Positions 56,516 to 64,000 of a DNA stretch of 64,000 bases are shown here, in pieces. The DNA is taken from positions 224,001 to 288,000 of the forward strand of contig JBMORA010000009.1 in NCBI GenBank assembly GCA_049320885.1, read 5' to 3'. The stretch comes from Thermodesulfobacteriota bacterium (lineage in GTDB: Bacteria; Desulfobacterota; Desulfobacteria; Desulfobacterales; SURF-7). The notes beneath the pieces were generated by a model. That model made no database searches. It worked only from the letters and a program-made list of their open reading frames with translations, and was not told the DNA's origin. The position numbers were made by a program, and so were the translations under genes. The stretch's first letter is position 1, and each line of letters starts with the position of its first letter.

Positions 56516-57871
56516 ATGAAACGAGCCATCGACCCGATTCTCGATCAATGGAAAGACAGTCGCGTGCGTCAGCCGCTGCTGGTCCGGGGGGCCCGGCAAG
56601 TCGGCAAGACCCGTTCGATAACGGATTTCGGCAGGCGGGCGTTTGACAACATCGTGACGGTGAATTTTGAAGAACGGCCCGAGTTGAGCCGCTGCTTTTC
56701 GGATTTCGATCCCAAGGGGATCATCGACCGCCTGTCCATCCTGACCCGGGAAACCATCCGGCCGGGGAAAACCTTGCTGTTCCTGGATGAAATCCAGGAA
56801 TGCCCGCGGGCGATAACCGCCTTGCGGTATTTTGACGAAAATATGCCGGAACTTCATATTGTCGGCGCCGGGTCGCTGGTGGAGTTCGCCTTGCGCTCGG
56901 AGGGCTTTCGCATGCCCGTCGGACGTGTGCAAAGTCTGTACATGGTTCCGATGTCCTATGAAGAATTTCTGACCGCCATGGGGGAAGAGCGGCTCGTTGA
57001 GTATCTCGGCGGTGTTGATGCAACAACCGGGATGGAGCCGATCATTTCCGAAAGGCTGGAACAATTGTTCCGCCAGTATTTGCTGGTGGGCGGGATGCCC
57101 AGGATCGTCGACGCCTTCCGGGAAAAGGTGTTCATGGAGGAATTGCAGCGGCTGCAATCCAGCCTCATTCGCACCTATTCCGATGATTTCGCCAAGTATG
57201 CGTCCACCGCCAGGCACAAGTATCTGAAGGAAGTGTATGCCGGTGCGCCCAGGATGGTGGGCAGGCGTTACAAGTATTCGCAGGTCAACCCGGACATCGA
57301 GTCCAAATTCCTGAAAGAGGCGGTCGAACTGCTGGTTGATGCAAGGGTGTTGTATCGAATCTGCCACGCATCCGGTGAAGGCGTGCCGCTGGCTTCAACC
57401 ATGAATGAACGCAAATTCAAAATTGCGTTTCTCGATGTCGGCTTGATGCAAAATGCGCTGGGCATTCAGGCCGACATCGTTTCCGAGGTCAGCGTCATGC
57501 GGATCAACGCCGGCAGCCTCGCGGAACAGGTCGTTGCCCAGGAACTGATCGCCCATGCGGATTCGTACGTTGATAAAAAACTCCATTTCTGGACAAGAGA
57601 AGAACGTGGGAGCAGTGCCGAAGTGGATTATCTCATGGAAATCGCCGGCCGGCCGGTGCCTGTGGAAGTGAAATCCGGCGCCGGGGGTTCTCTGAAAAGT
57701 ATGCGTCTCTTTCTGGAAAAATATCCCAAAACACCGCTCGGCATCCGCTATTCCCTGCATGAACTGTCCTATCACGATCGAATCCTGTCGATTCCATTGA
57801 CCATGATCGGCCAGACGCATCGGCTGGTCCGCATTTTCATGGATGAGAATTTAGTGTTAAAACAAAGTTGA
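56516..57871 (+). CDS. AAA+ ATPase (AAA_14 plus DUF4143 type)
   Basis: VRGARQVGKT, LFLDEIQ, AGSL, PMSYEEFL, VGGMP, DVGL, AEVDY...PVEVKSG. Confidence 0.9.
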   Translation: MKRAIDPILDQWKDSRVRQPLLVRGARQVGKTRSITDFGRRAFDNIVTVNFEERPELSRCFSDFDPKGIIDRLSILTRETIRPGKTLLFLDEIQECPRAITALRYFDENMPELHIVGAGSLVEFALRSEGFRMPVGRVQSLYMVPMSYEEFLTAMGEERLVEYLGGVDATTGMEPIISERLEQLFRQYLLVGGMPRIVDAFREKVFMEELQRLQSSLIRTYSDDFAKYASTARHKYLKEVYAGAPRMVGRRYKYSQVNPDIESKFLKEAVELLVDARVLYRICHASGEGVPLASTMNERKFKIAFLDVGLMQNALGIQADIVSEVSVMRINAGSLAEQVVAQELIAHADSYVDKKLHFWTREERGSSAEVDYLMEIAGRPVPVEVKSGAGGSLKSMRLFLEKYPKTPLGIRYSLHELSYHDRILSIPLTMIGQTHRLVRIFMDENLVLKQS

Positions 57872-57935
57872 AGCTTGCTTTGGGATACAATGGAGTATGC
57901 TATATGATACTGATATCGCGGCATCTTGAATAATC

Positions 57936-58862
57936 ATGATGAACATCGCCACCACCATTGTCCCCATTTTTTCGGTCATCGTGCTGGGCTGGATCGCCCA
58001 TCGCCGGGGGTTCATTCCCGCCGAATTCATTGTTCCCGCCAACCGCATTGTCTACTACCTGGCCATCCCGGCCATGATTTTCAAGGTGGTGGCCCGGACG
58101 GATTTCAGCTCCAGTTTTCAGGGCCGGGTGACGGTGATCGCCTGGCTTGCCATGGCTGCGACCTTCGCCTTTTCCTGGGGGACCGGCAAGCTGATCCAAT
58201 TCCGCCGGGGCCGTCTGTCCACCTTCATCCAGAGCGGCTACCACTGTAATATCGGTTACATGGCTCTGGCGGTGGCCTATTATTATCTGGGAAACGAGGG
58301 CTTGGCGCGAACCGGCATGCTGGCGGCTTTTCTCATGCTGCTGCAGAACGTGCTGTCCGTGGCGGTGCTCAGTTATTACGCCCGGGAGGAAACCGGCGGG
58401 CAGAAATGGCGACGGACCGTCGCCAACATTTTCGGGAACCCCATTCTCCTGGCCGCGGCGGCCGGCATGCTGTTTTCACTGTTGCGCATTCCGGTGCCTT
58501 CCGTGGCGGACAGGAGCCTCGAAATCCTGGGTGGAATGGCCCTGCCCATGGCCCTGATCCTGATCGGCGCCTCCCTGTCCTTCCGGATGATCCGGCGCCA
58601 TCTGTGGGCAATCCTCTGGAGCGCGGGAGCGGTGAAACTGCTGCTGCTTCCCGGTCTGGCCTACGCAGCCTTCCGGTTCCTGGAAATTCCCGGCCGGGAT
58701 TTCCTGCCGGCGATCATTCTTTTGGCGAGTCCCACGGCTACGGTTACGTATGTGATGGCCAGGGAGATGGGCGGTGATCCGGATTTCGCCGTGGGGGCCG
58801 TATCGGCCGGCACCCTGTTGTCGGCGGTGACCTTTTCCTTCTGGCTGTCCCTTTCGGCCTGA
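57936..58862 (+). CDS. AEC family (auxin efflux carrier) transporter
   Basis: Many TM helices; VYYLAIPAMIF, NIGYMAL, NPILLA, PMALILIGASL, SPTA. Confidence 0.9.
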   Translation: MMNIATTIVPIFSVIVLGWIAHRRGFIPAEFIVPANRIVYYLAIPAMIFKVVARTDFSSSFQGRVTVIAWLAMAATFAFSWGTGKLIQFRRGRLSTFIQSGYHCNIGYMALAVAYYYLGNEGLARTGMLAAFLMLLQNVLSVAVLSYYAREETGGQKWRRTVANIFGNPILLAAAAGMLFSLLRIPVPSVADRSLEILGGMALPMALILIGASLSFRMIRRHLWAILWSAGAVKLLLLPGLAYAAFRFLEIPGRDFLPAIILLASPTATVTYVMAREMGGDPDFAVGAVSAGTLLSAVTFSFWLSLSA

Positions 58863-58899
58863 TGTCCCCCCCCGGACCGTTTGCCGTTTTGGAATCCGG

Positions 58900-59580
58900 T
58901 CAGGGAGCGAAACGGAGCTCGCCGAAACAGCGGGGCAGGTGAAAATTCAGCTCATCCACCGGCGACCAGGCGGCCCAGTGGGGCCGGGAGGTTTCATCGC
59001 CGCATTTGTAGAAATTGGCCCGCCAGCAGGTTCCGGGGTCAACGCTGAAATCTCCGGCGTATTTCCGCAGCAGCGCGAACGGAATATAAAATTCGAGATG
59101 CCAGCAGGTTTCCCGGGTCAGCTCCGGTTCCACTATGGGCGGCAGGGAGGCGTAAATGTCAACGCTGCCGCCCTCCCCGGGTGTCAGCTTCGTGAAGGCG
59201 CGGAAACCGTCCGGTGTTCGCCGCGGGTCGGTGATATAATACATCAGGGCCGCCCCGCCGCAGTTGAATTCGAAATTGAAATACCCGGAGTCCGGCCGCG
59301 GCTGGACAAAAAACTCCACGCAGCTGTCCTTGTAAACTTCCGATTGAAACCCTGTCCGGACGCAGCGAACGAACCGGTCCTGCACCTGGAAAAGACCGAA
59401 CAACCCTTCCGGGTTCGACAGGATTTTCACCCGCGTGACGGGGCGGTGGGTGCCGCTCTCAGGTCTGAATGCCGCGATTTCCAGGAACGGGGCGTTTCCC
59501 CAGACTTCGCCGCCCCATTGCCCCTTCAGCTCCGGTCGGTTGTCCGTTCTGTGGATTGTATACACCGGCAGGTTCGCCAT
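58900..59580 (-). CDS. Carbohydrate-binding family 9-like protein
   Basis: VYKDSCVEFF, YFNFEFNCGG, WRANFYKCGDET..PHW..W.P....NFH.P..FG. Confidence 0.82.
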   Translation of the reverse strand: MANLPVYTIHRTDNRPELKGQWGGEVWGNAPFLEIAAFRPESGTHRPVTRVKILSNPEGLFGLFQVQDRFVRCVRTGFQSEVYKDSCVEFFVQPRPDSGYFNFEFNCGGAALMYYITDPRRTPDGFRAFTKLTPGEGGSVDIYASLPPIVEPELTRETCWHLEFYIPFALLRKYAGDFSVDPGTCWRANFYKCGDETSRPHWAAWSPVDELNFHLPRCFGELRFAP

Positions 59581-59764
59581 GACTTGTTCTCCGGTTCGGG
59601 CCACTTGCGGAAACCGGCGGACCGGTTGACAAGCGTCCGGTAAAAAGATAATTTGAGTTCATCCCGTGCACGGCCGTTTCTCGCGAAGGAAGCGGCCAAC
59701 GCGGATCGGGCTGCGCGCAGGCCGACGGTATCATCTCTTTTTGGTTTCATGAAAAGGAGTCCCC

Positions 59765-60241
59765 ATGCCCGGTATCCGGTATACGATCCTCCTGGGTCTA
59801 TTGGCTCTGCTCTTCCTGCCGTCCCGTCCGGCCGAGGCCGTGCGGGGCTACACCGAACGAGACTATATCATCGACCGCTACAACCGCTTCCAGGGCTATG
59901 AGCCGGTGCTGTATGAGCCTTACACCATCAGCGTATCCGACACCCGGTGGGATCAGGTGTTCGGTTACGTCATGAGCAAGGACCGCACCCTGCTGTTGGA
60001 AATAACGCCGGTGACAGCCTCGGCCGGGGTGATCATGTTCGGCAGCGAGACCGGGTCGCCCCGATGCCTCAAGGCGGTCTGGGCCCACGACAACATCACG
60101 GAACCCATCCGGTTCTGGACGGACCGGTTCTGGTCGCCGGACGACCGGGAGTGCGATAACACCTACACCGATTGTCCGCGGATCATGTTCAGGGCCACCA
60201 GCGGCACCTTGGGGGTGAGCGTCCTGGAACGGAAAAAATAA
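59765..60241 (+). CDS. Secreted hypothetical protein
   Basis: AAGGAG SD; signal peptide ending AEA; host-like codon usage. Confidence 0.7.
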   Translation: MPGIRYTILLGLLALLFLPSRPAEAVRGYTERDYIIDRYNRFQGYEPVLYEPYTISVSDTRWDQVFGYVMSKDRTLLLEITPVTASAGVIMFGSETGSPRCLKAVWAHDNITEPIRFWTDRFWSPDDRECDNTYTDCPRIMFRATSGTLGVSVLERKK

Positions 60242-60251
60242 GTCCGTTCCG

Positions 60252-61019
60252 TCACCTCCGCGCTTTGAACGCTGTATTTTTCATCTTCAGGCGTTCCACC
60301 AGCGTGTACATCAGAAACAACGGATTCCCCCACAGGTAACGGACCAGTCCCCGGCGGGGTTCCTCCAACAGCATCCACAGCCATTCCATGTGGTTGTCCA
60401 GCATCCAGCGGGGCGCCCGGGTCCGCAAGCCGGCCATGTACCGGTAGGCGCTGCCGCAGATCATGAACACCTTGACGTTCAGCTTCCGGCAATTGTCCAG
60501 CACCCATTTTTCCTGCAGGGGCATGCCCATGCCCACCCACAGGATGTCCGGCGCGGCCCGGTTGATGAGCCGGATTGTCGCTTCGTTTTCCGGACCTCGT
60601 TTTTGAAAAAAACCATGCTGGGTTCCCACGATCCGGATCCGGGGAAACGCCTGCCGAATGCGCGCGGCGGCTGCATCCGGAAGCCCTTCCGGCCCGCCCA
60701 GCAGGAACAGACGGTACTGCCGGTCCGCGATGTGCCGGGACAGGGGCGGCCACCAATCGGCCCAGGTGATCCGCTGCGGGATACGATAGCCGAAGGCCTT
60801 GGCCGCCAGAATGATCCCGCCGCCGTCCACATGCACCACGTCCGCCTGTTTGAAAAAATCCGCCAGCCAGGGCCGGGTCCGGGCCAGGTTGACGGCGTGG
60901 GCGTTGACGGAAAGAATGAAACCGGGGCCGCCCCGGCCGATGAGGCGGTCGATTTCCGCGTGGATTTCCACCATGCCCGCCGCCGTCACTTTGATTCCCA
61001 ACATCTCCAATTGCCGCAT
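60252..61019 (-). CDS. WecB/TagA/CpsF family glycosyltransferase
   Basis: SVNAH, DGGG, RITWAD, FLLGG, HGFF, DILWVGMGMPLQEKW, RAPRWM...MEWL. Confidence 0.92.
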   Translation of the reverse strand: MRQLEMLGIKVTAAGMVEIHAEIDRLIGRGGPGFILSVNAHAVNLARTRPWLADFFKQADVVHVDGGGIILAAKAFGYRIPQRITWADWWPPLSRHIADRQYRLFLLGGPEGLPDAAAARIRQAFPRIRIVGTQHGFFQKRGPENEATIRLINRAAPDILWVGMGMPLQEKWVLDNCRKLNVKVFMICGSAYRYMAGLRTRAPRWMLDNHMEWLWMLLEEPRRGLVRYLWGNPLFLMYTLVERLKMKNTAFKARR

Positions 61020-61030
61020 GGGGTCTCCTT

Positions 61031-61924
61031 CTATATCTGCCGTCGCCTGCGGGCCCGGACTACCTCCTGTTGGATGTTCTTCCCCAACAACCGTTTCAGT
61101 TGTTCCCTTCTCAGGAACTCCGCCAGACGAAGATCTTCCAGCCGCGGTTCCGAGCGCATCCAGGCCAGCGCATAGCCAAGCAGGATGAGCAGGCCCGCGC
61201 CATGGGGCGGCTCCAGCGCGCGATAGATCGCCCGTCCCAGAACGAACAGCGGCAGGGCGCGCACGGCGTACATGCCCCGGCCGTGACCGATATGGCCGCG
61301 AAGCATTCCTTTTTCCGAGCCGGTCATGCGCAGATGCCGGATGGCCAAATCCCGGAAGGAGCGCGTTTCCCAGCCCAGCATGCGGGCCCTGGCGCCGTCC
61401 AGGATATCCCAGCCGTAAATCGGAAGGAGGCCGTTGATCCCTCGAAAGCACGTCATCCGGTAGGTTTTGCAGGCCCCGGTCACGTGAAAATCCGGAAAGC
61501 GCTCCTCGATCCAGGCGCCCCGGTGTTCAATGAAGAGTTTGCCCGAGGCCATGCCGAGGCTGCGGTCCGCCTGAAATCGCGCCAGCAGGGTTTCAAAATA
61601 GTCTTCCGGCAATAGAATGTCCGCGTCCAGTTTGACCAGATACTCCATTTCCTGATGGAGATGGGGGAGCCCGTCGTTGAAAACCCGGACAACGTGGGCG
61701 CCCAGTTCCCGCCGGACTTTCCCGGTGCGTCGGACCGGATGGATGAACGGGTATGCCTGGCGCGCTTCGGTAAGGAGCCGCCAGGTGGCGTCCGTGGAGC
61801 GGTCGTCCACGATGACCCAGCGGCTTGGTTTCCAGGTCTGGGCGGCCACGGCCCGGATGACCCGGGGCAGAAAAGCCGCTTCGTTATGGGCCGGCGTTAT
61901 GATGGCGTAGGATGGCTGTCTCAT
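61031..61924 (-). CDS. Glycosyltransferase family 2
   Basis: IITPAHNEA, IVDDRSTDAT, KLDADI, GWD. Confidence 0.92.
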   Translation of the reverse strand: MRQPSYAIITPAHNEAAFLPRVIRAVAAQTWKPSRWVIVDDRSTDATWRLLTEARQAYPFIHPVRRTGKVRRELGAHVVRVFNDGLPHLHQEMEYLVKLDADILLPEDYFETLLARFQADRSLGMASGKLFIEHRGAWIEERFPDFHVTGACKTYRMTCFRGINGLLPIYGWDILDGARARMLGWETRSFRDLAIRHLRMTGSEKGMLRGHIGHGRGMYAVRALPLFVLGRAIYRALEPPHGAGLLILLGYALAWMRSEPRLEDLRLAEFLRREQLKRLLGKNIQQEVVRARRRRQI

Positions 61925-63156
61925 GGTTTTTCCATTTTGATTTCCTCCCGGAAAATCCTTTCCAGAATGCGGGTGTTGGTGGCAGCCTCATAGCGTTTCT
62001 CCGCATGGCGGCGTCCGGCGGCGCCCATTTCCACCATCCGCTCCGGGTCCTGAGACAACCGGGCCAGGCAGTCCGCCAGGGCCGCCGGGTCGTTCCGGGG
62101 ATAGAGCAGGCCGGTTTCGCCCGTTATCACCATTTCCGGCAGGCCCGTCATGTCCGGCGCCACCACCGCGCGCCCCTTGGCCATGGCCTCGATGACGGTC
62201 ATGGGCGTGCCCTCGCTTCTGGAGGATAACACCATGACATGGCACCAGTCGAACTGGCGGGCCACCTCCGCTTCGAATAGCGGCCCCGTCATTGCAACCC
62301 GGCCGGCAAGACCATGGGCCTCGATCAGCCGGGAGATCCGGGTTTTGATGGGGCCGTCCCCCACCAGGCGGCAGACAAACGGTATTCCCAAGTCCCGCAG
62401 GCGGGAACAGGCTTCGAGCAGCAACTCATGGCCTTTCACCGGATCGAACCGGGCCACGTTCAGAATGCGCAAGGGGGGAATCGGCGCTGGCGGAACAACC
62501 GTCCGCCACGGGGGCTGCGAAACGGACAGTCCCAGGGGGACCACGAAAAAGCGCTGTCGGCCCAGGGCGGGAAACCGCCGGCGCAGAAAGTTTACATGAT
62601 ATCGGCAGTTGGATACCACGAAGCGGGCCCGCCGCAGTTTTTCGAACGTCATGGGCTGGGGCAGCAGTACGTCCGAGCCGTGAATGCTGATGCTGTAAGG
62701 AATACCGCTGAGCGTTTCCAGCAGCATGGCCACGCCGGCCGCGCCAAAAGCGAAATGGACATGCACATGGACGACGCGGTTGTTCCGCAGGTGTTCCGCC
62801 AGAACCGCGGCCCCGGCCAGTCGGGCCAGATTGCGGAAGCGTTGGCCCGGGAAGGCGTCCGTCACCTTCAGCGCCAGTCCGATGGCCCGCAGATACCGCC
62901 GGGGATGTCGAACAAGCCATCCCAAATTGGCCTTCAGGTAGGGCAGGGGACGAACGGGGTTTAAATAGAAGGTCCCATCCACCAGGTCCCGGTCGCCGGG
63001 ATGGAAGGCGCCCGTCGCCGGCGGGCGGTTGGCCGCCAGCAGCGGAAAGAGGCCGACGCTGTTCAGACCCCGGACTTCCCGCTGCAGAAAGGTGGTGTTG
63101 AGGTGCGGAAAGGTGGAGAAAAAATAGGCGATTTTTAGTTCCGGAAGGTTCATCAT
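61921..63156 (-). CDS. Glycosyltransferase family 4 (WcaL-like)
   Basis: HVHVHFA, SIHGSD, VARFDPVKG, VGDGP, SRSEGTP..VIEAMA, GLPEMV. Confidence 0.92.
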   Translation of the reverse strand: MMNLPELKIAYFFSTFPHLNTTFLQREVRGLNSVGLFPLLAANRPPATGAFHPGDRDLVDGTFYLNPVRPLPYLKANLGWLVRHPRRYLRAIGLALKVTDAFPGQRFRNLARLAGAAVLAEHLRNNRVVHVHVHFAFGAAGVAMLLETLSGIPYSISIHGSDVLLPQPMTFEKLRRARFVVSNCRYHVNFLRRRFPALGRQRFFVVPLGLSVSQPPWRTVVPPAPIPPLRILNVARFDPVKGHELLLEACSRLRDLGIPFVCRLVGDGPIKTRISRLIEAHGLAGRVAMTGPLFEAEVARQFDWCHVMVLSSRSEGTPMTVIEAMAKGRAVVAPDMTGLPEMVITGETGLLYPRNDPAALADCLARLSQDPERMVEMGAAGRRHAEKRYEAATNTRILERIFREEIKMEKP

Positions 63157-63178
63157 CGGTTGCGATTGGATCCCGGAT

Positions 63179-64000
63179 TTATTGACAGTCCGCGGGCTGC
63201 TCGGACATAATCCGGCGGCTCCCCTTTCCCTGTCCCGATGCGGCCCGATATTGCGAGAAGGAGGAATATTCCCGGTCCAGGTAGACAAACGCGCCCTTCC
63301 CGCAAAAAAGGTTGTTGGTTTCCGAATAACCGCTTGCGGCGCCTTTCTCCACGATCAGAAAACCGTCCTCGTACCGGCCGATGATCCGGTTCAGGTTGAT
63401 TCTCACCTGGCGGACCCCGGCCATCAGGCGGATGCCGCAGTCCGCGGTTACATGGTGGAGCCGGTTGCCGGCGATATGGATACGCTGGGGTTTTCCCCCC
63501 TGCCCCTGGCCGTAGAGGGAGATACCGCCGCGGAGGTTGTTTTCGAAGTCATTGCCGGAAATGATGGTGTCGCTGCAGGTCAGCGGTGGATCCACCCAGA
63601 CGGACAAGCCGAAGTCCCCGTTTTCCAGCAGCCGGTTCCTTTCAATGCGGTTCCGGTCGCCTTCCATGCGGATGCCCACCCGGGCGTTGCCGGACACCTG
63701 ATTGGCGCGCACCTCGTTGTCGTTCCCCAGGATATAGACGCCGTGGCCGTCTTCGCCGGTCCCGGTCCGGTTCCGGCCGTTTTCCAGGATTCGGTTGCCT
63801 TCGATGCGGTTATGATGACCGCCCACGTATATGCCGCTGTATCCATCCAGACCGCAGTTTTGAATGGTATTGCCCTCGATCACATTGTAGTCCGCTCCAT
63901 GGTCCTCCGCATCCAGATGGTCGTGGAGGTGGATCCCGTTGCGGAGGGAATTGCGGACGACGAGTCCCCGGATGCAGACATGGGAGGCGTTCCAGAGGAT
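63179..64000 (-). CDS. Right-handed parallel beta-helix repeat protein (partial; 5' end outside the window)
   Basis: Repeated N.IEGN.I..N...GIY/GVY/GIR units; frame stays open to position 64000. Confidence 0.85.
   Translation of the reverse strand: MLWNASHVCIRGLVVRNSLRNGIHLHDHLDAEDHGADYNVIEGNTIQNCGLDGYSGIYVGGHHNRIEGNRILENGRNRTGTGEDGHGVYILGNDNEVRANQVSGNARVGIRMEGDRNRIERNRLLENGDFGLSVWVDPPLTCSDTIISGNDFENNLRGGISLYGQGQGGKPQRIHIAGNRLHHVTADCGIRLMAGVRQVRINLNRIIGRYEDGFLIVEKGAASGYSETNNLFCGKGAFVYLDREYSSFSQYRAASGQGKGSRRIMSEQPADCQ

Noticed and set aside
50600..57900. Active integron, IS or prophage
   Set aside because: No tyrosine recombinase, transposase, terminal inverted repeats or phage genes recognised in the window.

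Overview
A GC-rich bacterial chromosomal window. The gene content (2-oxoacid:ferredoxin oxidoreductase, iron-sulfur flavoprotein, argS-SPOR-gatC-gatA-mutL synteny, paired tRNA-Ser, TRAP solute-binding proteins) suggests an anaerobic Desulfobacterota/deltaproteobacterial host; this is inference only. Most of the window is housekeeping or general metabolism, and it ends in a polysaccharide glycosyltransferase cluster. Two regions stand out. (1) 3.3-10.1 kb: a TetR-controlled divergon with a visible palindromic operator between face-to-face promoters. It encodes two tandem-SCP2-like lipid-binding proteins bracketing a class-III aminotransferase and a split transketolase, with alanine dehydrogenase next to the regulator. 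The chemistry fits an undescribed route for a hydrophobic 2-amino-1,3-diol (sphingoid-base-like or steroid-like) substrate; this is my best candidate for a new system and remains a hypothesis. (2) About 50.7-57.9 kb: an AT-richer accessory island. It holds degenerate integron attC sites with no integrase in the window, three type II TA pairs in which every toxin is broken and every antitoxin is intact, gene fragments, a probable UGA/SECIS selenoprotein, and an ABC-ATPase plus TOPRIM-like pair resembling anti-phage systems. All family calls come from motif recognition by eye; no searches were run.
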